This document shows, one piece after another, positions 28,300-39,423 of a DNA stretch of 64,000 nt (positions are counted from its first letter, which is position 1; the number at the start of each line of letters is the position of its first letter). The position numbers and the translations under genes were made by a program. The notes beneath the pieces are model-generated. The model saw only the letters and a program-made list of their open reading frames with translations, had not been told where the DNA came from and ran no database searches. Location of the stretch: contig CM052816.1 of the NCBI GenBank assembly GCA_028534125.1, positions 6,574,001 through 6,638,000 of the forward strand, in the 5' to 3' direction. This stretch comes from Lama glama (lineage: Eukaryota).

Positions 28300-30965
28300 A
28301 CTGCTGTTATAACTGATACCTCAGGTACATCCTTCCTTCATCAACGAATTTGGTACCTGGTTTAGAGCATCCCTCTCTACCACATCTATTAACATGCTGG
28401 GTGCTTTACCTCCGCACATATAAGCCATTCAGCACCCTGACTATTCTATTTCATGACCATCTCACCTCTAGTGAACATCTCTACTCCATCTGAGCCAATT
28501 TGTCCTGCACCATACTCTAGATTTTTCCTTAATAATAACTATTCTGTTTCCCAAATCACATATTTATGAATTTAATTCAGACCATAATCTCCTAGTCTTC
28601 CAGTTTGCCTCTTCAACTATTCCCAATGCAACTACCAGTTCATTAATCCTTCGTTACTCCCCTCTTTTCTATTTATTTCTCTTATTATCTTAGTCTCCAT
28701 GATCAATTATTTAAACTGTTCTCAATGAAACTCAAACTCCATTATTTCTCTGCTTTTTAAAAATTATACTTATCAGGCAAATCTCTATCCTCATTTGTTA
28801 AACTTTATCTGTTGTCTCTATGACTATAATCAAACAGCCAAGTGTGACTGTTTAAAATTACAGTATAAGGAAGAGCAGCTTAATATTACATTCATGCTTT
28901 AAAGAAAAACGAGTTCTCTTGTGGAGCCAAGAAGCCTACATCACTCACCATCCTGTCACTAATAAGTGGATGCCTCGACAGGAGTCTCCGCTCTCACTCA
29001 CTACTATCCTGAGAGCCAGACCAATGTCTGTCCCAACAAATATGTATTAATTGACTGACTGACCAAACTAAAGTGGGCCTTCATTAACCTAGTGACCTTA
29101 CAATGTTTACTTATTAATTCACTTTCTTGCTGATAAGCATAGCTGAGTCATTCTCCACACCCCCTCAAACTTCCACCTGACGTCTAACCTTTCCTCCAGC
29201 CCAACTCCCTCTCCATCATTTCTTTGATGACTCTCATCAGAAACCATTTCTTAGTACTTCACAAAGAAACTAGAAGCCACTAGACACAGACCAGAGTCCC
29301 TCAACTTTCTGCTACACAGTCTAGAAATCATCTTCCCTTCTCTCACAGCAGAGGAGCTGTCTTTTCCTCTTAGTCAAGCTCAATTGCCCGACCTATAATT
29401 TGTTAGCCCCCTTCTCCACCTTCTCAGGAATCTCACACACACATAGTGTTCCTTTGCTCTTTTTATGATCCACTGCTCATATTTCTTCCACTTTGCTTTC
29501 AAAGGGATCCTTTCTGCTCTTAAAGAAGTCTCTTCCATTAAAAAATAGTAATAATTCTTATAACTCAAAATTACCCTCTACTCTCAATCTCATCTCTCTT
29601 CTTCCCTTTTACCATCAAATTCTCAAAATAATTTCTACAACTGCTGCCTATTAATAAGTCCCCCATTTCCTCACTTCCCTCTTGACTCCTCACATCAGTG
29701 CAATTCGCACCATCCCCCATCACTGTGATTATACACTTTCATAAATTCACGAATGATTTTGACTTGACTTCTTAAAGGATTTCTCAGGCTTCTAGGTGAG
29801 GATCATCTTCTATCTTGCTATTAAGTGTTGGAATTTCTCAAGGCTCCAATCAATCTAGACCCCTTTCTCATATGTACTCTTTCCCTAGGCAAACTCACCC
29901 ACACCATGAGTTTTAACTATCCTCTACAACAAAGTCTCACACATTTTTATCTGCAGTCAAGATCTTGCTTATAAGGTTGTGATACCTATATCCAACTGCC
30001 CCTGGGTTTTTACACACAACTGTCTTCAAGGTTTATCAAAGACATCAGGTCTAAAATTAAACATAATTCCCCCCGTCTAAGTTCAGACCTATTCTCATGT
30101 TCTTTCTTAATGTAAACGGACCTATATTTTGGCTGGCGTAATTGAATAGATCACCATCTATTCAATTATACCAGCCCAAACCTAGGAATCATAGTGGTCA
30201 CTCTCCTCTCCTGTTCCCTCTATATCCAAACCTCAAGTTTGTCTGTTTTACTCCTTAAGTTTCTCCCAAATCTGTACAATTCTCTTTATCTCTACTCCAC
30301 AGATCTAGTATAAGCCTATTTCATTTGTCTACTACAATTGCTTCCTGACATACCCATCATCCATTCCTAACCCCTCAAACCATTCATACAGCATTTGGAG
30401 GTACTGTCTCAAAATGTAAACCTGGTCATATCATTGCCATGCTTGTGATCCAATAGCTTCTTATTGCTCTTCGACTAAACACCAGAATACTTAAAATGAC
30501 CCATTAAGTCCTGCATGGCTGCAATGCCCTCCCCAGGCTCTTTTCATACCCAATTCTCATTTGCTCTCTGCATTCCAGGCACATGACCTTTAATTTGGTT
30601 TCACAAATAAATCATACTTCTGCTAGGCATGGACTCTTCTCATACTCATCTCTGCCCCAAGTTTTATTGCTGTGCTCCCTTTACCTGGTTAATTCCTGCA
30701 CATCCTCCAATATCCCTACCCTCTCAGAGACTCCTTCGCCCTGCCAGATAAGACTAAGTCTCCACATGACATGCCCTCTAGGCCCAATGTATTTCTCTTT
30801 CATCACAGTTACTCCAGCTGTGATCCTACAAGAATGTAAGTTTTTATTTCACTGAATCACAGTCCTGCCACCAGATTCTAAGCTCCATGGAGGCAGAATT
30901 ATACTAGAATAGTGTTTGATAAATAGTTTAAATATTAATAAATGAATAAAATACTCAATAAATAC
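28300..30965 (+). mobile_element. Long L2 LINE remnant with 3' terminus
   Basis: L2-like body ending ...AAGCTCCATGGAGGCAG...ACTCAATAAATA. Confidence 0.7.
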
Positions 30966-31959
30966 TGGTGGTGGCCATGGTGGTGGCAGTAGTAATAGTA
31001 ACTATTAGAGTGGAACCATAACACTTTTTTCTATGTAGATAAGCAATTCTAGAGAACGAGTACCCGGAACCTAAGCCCAGCCATGTTCTCTTATGTTCTC
31101 CTTTTTCTCAGTCCTAAATACATCCATGGCTTAGTCTGAAAGCTCAAAGAGAAGCAGTACGATGAAGATATAAAGATGTGACCTTCACAGGTCAGGTAGT
31201 AGATCTGTCATTATTGCCTGTCTGGTTTCCTCCTCCTACTTTCAACTAGGGAACTGGACTTCCTCTATAATTCACAGAATTGAGCAAGAAATCTAAGCTA
31301 AGCTAATCTCATTCTTTCTTTGGGGAATGTGATTCTTAAGCAGAGATGAAAGGGAGAGAATATAGTTGTAATTAAGCATCAGATGACAGTGTCCCAAAGG
31401 TGCTACTCATGAGCACCTACTGCTTGGCTCTCCAGTACTAACCTGGTTCCTTTTCTGCTTAAGGCTAGTCTGTTGAATTCTGTGAATTACCTTTAACTCT
31501 GTGAACCACCCAGTAGCCTACAACTAAACAAGTTGTGCTTATTTGTTTGCTTCTACAGCATTATTACTTCTCTCCATCAAAGAAAATTACCTGATGTAGT
31601 TCAAATGACAAAATTCAGATATATAAATCAGGTTTCCTTACATCAAAAATAATCTTCCTTTCTAGTTTTCATACATTTATAAAAATCAATCATAGATCAG
31701 AACAAAGAAAAAAACTCAGTAATTTCAAAAGGCAGAAGTCAAATTGACACTTTCACATAAAAGATAAAAAACAAATTCAATTATGTAAAAATCACACTTA
31801 TAAAGTGTCTTCAACTGAAATGTGATTGAAGACAAAAATCAATATTATATTCATGCATTCTACCTCAAACCATTTATTGAATGCCTATCATGTACCAGTA
31901 TAATAGCCACTGATCAAATCTTTTTATTAGCAGATCAACCTCCTTGAACTATTACTGCA

Positions 31960-32210
31960 GTAAATACCATTTATTGAATGCTTACTATATTCTGAACACT
32001 AAATGCTTAACTATTTATACCCATTTTGCCATTTAATCCTCACAACAATCCTAACAAGTTAGGAATAGTTAATCCCATTTTACTGATAAGAAAAATGATG
32101 TGTAGACAGGTGTATGTAACTTGCCCAAGGAAACATAATTTCAAGCAGCAAAATTAAGCCTAGGTCTGCCTGACCACAGAGCCCTAGATCTTCTCACTAC
32201 ACCACTGACC
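31960..32210 (-). mobile_element. MIR SINE, near full length; further MIRs at ~130-250, 12210-12440, 13990-14240, 14615-14820, 18545-18745, 34590-34770 and 35855-36050
   Basis: CATTTATTGAATGCTTACTAT...TTTAATCCTCACAACAATCCTA...CCCATTTTACTGATAAGAAAA...TAACTTGCCCAAGG. Confidence 0.8.
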
Positions 32211-35200
32211 AGTTTAATATCACCAACTAAAAGGCAAAATCTGTGAAAGAAACATCGGACCAGAAGACCAGAATGAAACTTGCAGGAAACTTGATCATCA
32301 CAAGACCCTACCGTCACACAAACTGCCAGCCTGCTGTCTTTTCATCTTCCTTCCCTCTCCTTTTTTCCTTCATGTATATATCAGCCCATTTAACCAAACT
32401 TGACTGAGTGTTCTTTTTGCTTTTCATGTGACCACACTGGGCTAGGCATGGACACAGAATAGTAAATAAGACAGTGCCCAGTCATTATTAATGTCTTTTT
32501 TGGGAAGACTGGCAGTTCGAACAAGAAACTGCAAAAGATCTCTTGGAATTGACAAAGTATTTCCCCAAAGTATTGTTGGAACTCAAACAACTCTGTAAAT
32601 AGGTGATGTAAGAATAACCCACATTTTTATGCATAAGGACACTGAAATACATTCATATCAAATAACTTGCTCAAGGATCCTTAGGCCAAGTATCCCTGAG
32701 ACAGTGGAGCTAGGATTTACATACAGGTCCCCTGAGTGCTGCGATTAGGACTACCATCCAGCTCTTCCCCATTTTCTCTTTTGGTCTAAATCATGATGCT
32801 AGACTCTTTGCTAAAACCAATGACAAACCTCAGCTGGAAAGTCAGAGGGCAAACTAATGAAGAGTGTGTATTATTCTGAAAAGTGCTGGCTTTCTTAGTT
32901 TATATTCAACTTTCTTTGCTGTTCATGTTTCTCTTCAGAGCCTGCTTTGCTAAACCTGAGAAAGACTCCAGAGGTATCACAGTCCTCCCTCTCCTTGCTT
33001 CTGGTGTTTGGTCATCAGATTTATTTAAAAAGTAGGTTGTTTGACTTAAGAATTGTGCATGTGTCTCTGTTAGAGGTGGGGAGGAGGAGAAAGAGACAGA
33101 GAGGCAGAGAGATAGCAAGCTGGGGAGGGAAAAAACTTGATTAGAAATTAAAGTACAAAGAAACTATCAATTTTTATTTTAACCTGGGACATTTCTGGCC
33201 TTCAGTTCCTTTTGTATAAAATAAAGCTGGAAACCAGATAATCACTGGCTTTCATCCATTCTGAAAGTCAACAGTTCAAAATTCACTCTGTAAGAAACAA
33301 CACCCACTCCTTCCTGTATCACCCCAAGTACCGATGAGAACTTGGTGCAGAAAGGAGTGCAGAAGTTTGAAAACCCCTGCAAGCCTGACCAGGTCAACAG
33401 GACCTCTCCACTGTCTCCACGCCGTGCTCAAGTTTCCTCCGTTAGAGATAAAGCCTAAGCTCACAGGATCATTTCAATTAAGAATGAACTTTAGAGGCTA
33501 TTTAGCTCTGTTGTTCCCACTTCAATGCACCAACAAATCTCTTGGAGTCCTGTTGAAATGCACACTCTGATTCACATAGTCTGAGCTGGACCCCAAATTC
33601 TACATTTCTAATAAGTTCCCATGTGACACTCATGCTGCTGCACTGTGGGGGACACTTAAGAAGTAAGAAGCTCATTCATTCATCCTTGTCTGATTTATAT
33701 CCTTTCCAGCAGCTCTGAGCAGTCTCCAGTCTCCCTTAAATATCATCCTTGCCTTGCACAGAGCTTTCTTTATTTGTGTTTAGGGAATTCAGAGAACCAT
33801 TAGAAATCTCTTCCTTATTTTAACTTAATATGTACCTGTTTGTGCAGTGTTATTTGGATCAAAGCAGCAGCATGGAAAATGCTTAATTCATCTACCACAG
33901 GACAATCTCTTAGAAGTGGGCAAACCCTTCTCACCATCGCACCCTTTCAAAGAGCTCTTTCCTCCAGACCGCATCCTCCCTGGTACTTTACACTATCACT
34001 TTTCTGATTTCTAATCTCCTTACTGTCGTGGATGCCCTCATCTGACTGTTCCTCAAATTTCTAACTCTTTCCTGAAATGTTGCCTCTTAGTCTCTGTTTC
34101 CATGGTGTTTTCAAAAGTCTTGTTTGCTACTTATTACCTATGTTGGGCAAATAGTGTGAAAAGGCATTTTTAAGAAAAAAAAAAGTGGAGACTGATCCTT
34201 AAAGATTAAAAGAGAGCCCACTTTAAACATAAGACAACATTGTACCCCAAAAAGGAAAAAGGTGGTATCTAGTGCTGGCAATTTTGAAGGACATATGGAC
34301 TTTCAGTTACCTTGATGGAACTACAAATTTAAACAGCCTTTTGGGAGGACTAGGATGTGGAAGATAATTTTTTTTCTTTTAAGTCTGTAACACAGGCTTT
34401 ACAAAGAAGTTACAAAGGGAAGTTACAAAGAAGTATATTTAGGGCTAATTATTTTTAATCCTATCTTTTTGACTCAAGAATTCCCTTATACAAATCTAGT
34501 TATTGGAAATGTTTTCATGTCAGTAACTCTCTTTCCTCCTAAATTTGGTAATATGACTATTACCATTATAATGACTTCTTCTACAACTGATACTAACAAT
34601 AGCTAACACTTGCTTAGCACTTACTATGTGCCAGGTACAAATATAAATCCACAATGGACTTGAAGTAGATACTATTATGGCTCCAATTTCTACAGAAGTG
34701 GAAACAGCGACTCAGAGAGGTTAAGCATTTTCTCAAGGTCACACAGTCAGGAAGTAGTGGGCTTGGACATAGCAGTCCTGTTGACATTATTTTCTATTTC
34801 TGTCTCCTCCCATCATCTCCACTGCTACCATCCAAGTCCAAGAGACCTTCACCTCTCACTTGGACTACCAGAATAGCCTGTATCCCCACATCTTCCCCAT
34901 CTCCATCCTTTTCCTTAAATCTCCATGTCAGCGATGGACTGATCTTTCGGTATGTTTTGTCCATAGGAAGAGAAAAGAGAGCTTTCTGAAGATCATGTCA
35001 TTCTCCTGCTTTATTAAAATGTGTCACTGGCCTCTTTAATAGCAGACTTAATGAAAACAAAAGAAAGCCCTTGGAATGGCCTGTAAGTCCCTACATGGTC
35101 GCTATCTCACAGCATCTGCCCTGATTCAGTGGCCCCTACGACTCCTCCTCATGTGCTAGACTATCCCCCTCCCACCACAGGGCACTTGTACATACTCTTT

Positions 35201-37049
35201 GCTTTACTTGGAATAATCTTCTCCCAACCCCCACCCCCAATACTTCATTTTAGTTGTTTCTCATCTTTCAGATCTCAGATCTAGAATACGTTTGTACTTC
35301 TGTCAATAAAGTATCTCTCTTGTGTAACCCTGCCATAATGTTACATTATTTATGAGATTAGTTGATTACTCTGTCTCTTCCGTTGGACCAAAAAAAACAA
35401 AAGACAAAAATAAAACAAAAAAACACTCTGCCTAACTTTATTCAAAATAACTTCCATAGTGGCTGGCATACTGAATGGTGCTATCTACAAGTAACCCTGT
35501 TTTATGAACAGCACTAATATTTAAAACTGCCATTTACTTTATTCTGTGGGCCAATTTATACGAGAACAATCTGGATATGCTTCTGTGCGAAAGCAGTTTG
35601 ACAGGTTCTATTACCTTGGGTGCACACAATTTTATTTTTTAACTTAAGTCAAGAGGTCCTTTAAAATGTGAATCCCAGAATTGAGTGCATGTCAGCTGTG
35701 GATTGATCTTTCGGTGAGTATGTTTTGTCTGTAGGAATACTCTGTTTAGAGGTAGATATCCCTGAAATGCATGGCTCAGTAGTTCATATGAGAATAAAAT
35801 ATCATTTGTTACATGGTAATTCTGACTCATGAATCAGGGCAAGGGCAATGGTTAGGTCCTGTTCAGGTCCTGGCACTGATGATAACTAACTAAGTGAGGT
35901 GACAAGGCATTTAATCTCTCTAAATCCTAGATTTTCTCATCTGTAAAATGGGAGTAATAAAAATACCTCCTCACTAGGTTGTCTCAAGGATTATATTAGA
36001 GAATTCAAGTAAAACTCTTAGCTCAGTTCTTGGCACATAGTTAACACTCTCTTATGGAACCTGGCACTGCTGCTGTTGCTACTGATGGTAAGGATGAGGA
36101 GGGCAGGGATAAGGATGATGAGGATGATGATGCTTTCCCTCAAAGAGATGAGAAGCTTAAAGAAATGATAAGATTTTAAGCATTATCAGGGCAGGACATT
36201 CTCTACTTGTAAATCATATCACATGGCCACATGCTGACTCTCCGAGCCCCATTCTATTCTACAGAGAAAACTGTCCTGGATGCTGCTCAGGTAACCACCT
36301 CCATAAGGATGTAATTACTAAAGCCTCTATTTGTTAGTGGATTAAGCATCCTTAGTCATGTCTGTATCCGATCAATAAACGTCATTGAGACTGGAGCTGA
36401 AACTAACTTTATTTCTATCACAAAGTTTAGAAAGAAATCAACATCCACCATGATTCTCTTCCTGGATACATGACATCTCCTGCCACAGGCGCCCCCCATT
36501 GACTTTCTGGGAAATTTTGACTCTGTGAAAATTAGTGTGAATCAAGGTCTTTATTCTCTCCTATAAACCTGCCAGAGTGCACGCCCATTGGACTTAGTAA
36601 ACAAAGGAAAAGACTGATCATCAAAAGTGGAAGGATTATGATATTAGCTAAATGCCATCAATATTATGGAATACTAGTATTTTAGGGACCTTGGCCACCA
36701 TATGCAATCCTCTCATGTTAGTGAGGAGGAAACTCACACCTTGAGAGATTTCATAACTTATTTAGAGTTTACAGATAACCTAAGACAGAGTCAAGACCAC
36801 AATGAAAACATTCAGACATCGACAAGTAATCATGAAATGGATTACAATAATTATATAAAGCAAAATAGATATGGCAAAAAAAATGACGACAAGGCATCAG
36901 GTGGTACGTTAACATCATTTATAAACAAAGCAAGTATTTACTGAGTGACTAGTCTGTCCAAAGTGTCACGCTAAATACTGGCAATACTACCATGAGCAGG
37001 ACCAGGGTCTTGCTCTCTGGGATACATGGGTGAGTACAATATTGTAAAC

Positions 37050-37718
37050 CAGGGATTTTCTGTTAAGAGCCTATTATGGGCTGAATTTTGTCCCCTCTAA
37101 AATTCCTGTGTTGAATTCCTAACCCTCAGAAACTAAATGTCATCTTATTTAGAGAAAAGGTTCTTATAGAAGTAATCATTCTAAAATGAGGTCAACAGCA
37201 TGGCCCTAATCCAAAATGACTGCTGTCCTTACCAAGGGGACATCTGGAGACACATGCACACAGGGAGAATACCACATGACCATCAAGGCCGAGACCAGGA
37301 CTGGGTGATGCATCCACAAGCCAACGAATGCTGAAGATCTCTGGCAGACCATGAGAAGGGGACAAAGGCATGGGGCAGATTCATTGTCACAGCTGTCAGA
37401 AGGAACAAAGCCTGCCAATATCCTGACCTTGGACTTCTAACGTCCAGAACTGGGAGGAAATTAACTTCTGCTGCTTAAGCAACAGTCTGTGGTACTTTGA
37501 CATGACATCCCTAGCAAACGAATACAGAGCCCCATCATAAATACGCTCGGTTTGGTGGGCCACTTGGTCTCTGCCATAGCTACTCAGCTCTGCCACTGCA
37601 GTACTACTGCAGCCATGGACCAAACGAACAAGTAAATGTGGTGTTCTAGTGATACTTCACTGATAAAAACACACAGCACAATGTATTTGGCCTATGGACT
37701 ATGTTTTGCTGACCCCTG
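37050..37718. mobile_element. MER58A-like hAT-Charlie element split by an MLT1 LTR
   Basis: CAGGG...TTTTCTGTTAAGAGCC | ...GGTCTCTGCCATAGCTACTCAGCTCTGCC...GCAGCCATGGAC...TTTGCTGACCCCTG. Confidence 0.8.
37072..37526 (+). mobile_element. MaLR solo LTR (MLT1B/C-like), 455 bp
   Basis: TATTATGGGCTGAATTTTGTCCCC...CCTAGCAAACGAATACA; perfect TSD GAGCC at 37067-37071 and 37527-37531. Confidence 0.9.
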
Positions 37719-38238
37719 CTCTAAAGTGTTAGGATGAGGGCAAGTAAAAAGTAAGCGAGTAGCACACAGGAGGGACATCTGAGCCAGTCTGGAAATACAG
37801 GAGGTGTTCTCTCATAGAATGTGCTGAATAGACTGAATCGTGAATGACTAACACACACTAACAGAGTGAGGGGAGGGGCAGGGGGAGGGAAGACTACCCC
37901 AAGCAGAGGGAATAACCTTCACAGAGGCCTGATGATCTTTGTCAGGGGGAACCGCCAGCAACACAGTCCAACAAGAGCATGACACAGGCAGGAGACCTGA
38001 GGAGTGCAGTTACAGAAGAGGAGACAGGAGTCTAGGAGACTAGATCATGAGTGATCTAGTAAGTCATATTAAGGCAACTGACATCCTTGAAGGATCTGAA
38101 GTAGAAGAGACATAAGATCATATTCTCATTTTAGACACATTATTCTAGGTACAACATAACATAGGATTGGAGGGGGAGAAAAAGCAGAAATCAGGGACCA
38201 GCTAGAAGTCCAGTGGAGAGATAATGGTGCCCTGGATG

Positions 38239-38372
38239 AAAAAAAAAAAAAATATATATATATATATTAGAGTAAGTATATATATGTATATGTGTGTGTA
38301 TATATATATTTGAGTATTTGAATAAGTATATATATGTGTGTGTGTATATATTTATTATATATTTGAGATATA
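38239..38372. repeat. Compound A-run/(TA)n/(TG)n microsatellite
   Basis: A run followed by two imperfect TAAGTATATATATGT..GTGTGTATATAT units. Confidence 0.9.
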
Positions 38373-38544
38373 TAATGGACAGGATTTGGGTATGATCAGC
38401 TGACAATGGGCAAATGAGAGGGTGGAGTCACTAGGATATACAGCTCTCTATCTTGGACAACTAAATAAGCACATGGCAATACACTCACTGACCAGAGAAT
38501 ATAAGAGAAGTGCAGCTTTAGGAGGAAGATGATGCATGAACTTG

Positions 38545-38665
38545 GTTTTATTTATTTTATTTTTATATATGTATTTTAATTGAAGTATAGGTACTATTTA
38601 TAATAGCCAAGACATGGAAACAACCTAAATGTCCATCAATAGATAACTGGATAAAGAAGTTATGG
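38545..38665. mobile_element. Small inverted L1 remnant: minus-strand tail/3' terminus (38545-38590) joined to a plus-strand ORF2 C-terminal fragment (38591-38665)
   Basis: T-rich run plus TAATTGAAGTATAG matches the termini at 11144 and 19237. 38591-38665 translates VLFIIAKTWKQPKCPSIDNWIKKLW and is a diverged homologue of 41926-42000. Confidence 0.8.
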
Positions 38666-39019
38666 AACAGGAAGAACCCAAATAGACCCACACCAAGACA
38701 TATCATAATCAAGATGGCCAGAGTCAAGGATAAAGAAATGATCCTAAAGACAGCAAGTAAAAAGCGAAGAGTGAGTTACAAGGGAACCCCAATAAGGCTC
38801 TCAGCTGATTTCTCTACACAAACACTACAGGCCAGAAGGGACTGGCAAGACACATTCAAAGTCCTGAATGAAAAAAAGATGCAGCCTAGGACACTTTATC
38901 CAGCAAGGCTATCCTTTAGGATAGAAGGAGACATAAAGAATTTCACAGACAAGAAAAAGCTACAAGACTTTAGCAACACTAAACCCATGCTAAAAGAAAT
39001 ACTGAAAGGTTTACTCTAA
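38666..39019 (+). pseudogene. L1 ORF1p C-terminal fragment
   Basis: RPTPRHIIIKMARVKDKEMILK...IRLSADFSTQTLQARRDW...LYPARLSF...LKEILKGLL*, carrying the ORF1p ARR and YPA(K/R)LS motifs. Confidence 0.93.
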
Positions 39020-39423
39020 ATAGAAAAGCAGCAGGACGCTACAGAAATAAGAAACTCACAACTGGAAAGGTGATAACTCATGAATTACAAATACAATAAA
39101 CACGAAATTATAAAAGAAGACATACAAATCACTGAGAGTGGGAGAGGGAAGCAGGAAAATATAGAATTTTTTTCTTTCTTTTTTAAATTTTTTGTTCTCG
39201 GTAGGATGGGTTTGAGGTCATGTTACTATCAGTTTAATAAAAACAGTTATAGTAATGGGCTAACAGACTTACAAGAAAGGGTAACCACAAGCCAAAAACT
39301 TACAAGGGAGTCACAAAAAATAATTAAAATCCATGATAACACAAAGGAAAATTACCAAACCATAAAAGGAAGAAGAAAGGAACAAAGAGGAAATACCAAT
39401 TCAACTGCAAAGATAAGTTCAAA

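Larger units (their letters stand above)
36920..38544 (-). mobile_element. L2 3' region hosting nested insertions
   Basis: Starts CAAGTATTTACTGAGTGACTA...; resumes after 37718 and runs up to the L1 junction at ~38545. Confidence 0.7.

Noticed and set aside
556..38500. About 80 short ORFs (60-135 aa) upstream of the L1
   Set aside because: Most overlap L1M, L2, MIR or LTR fossils; none shows a recognisable domain or consistent exon structure. A lncRNA cannot be excluded from sequence alone.
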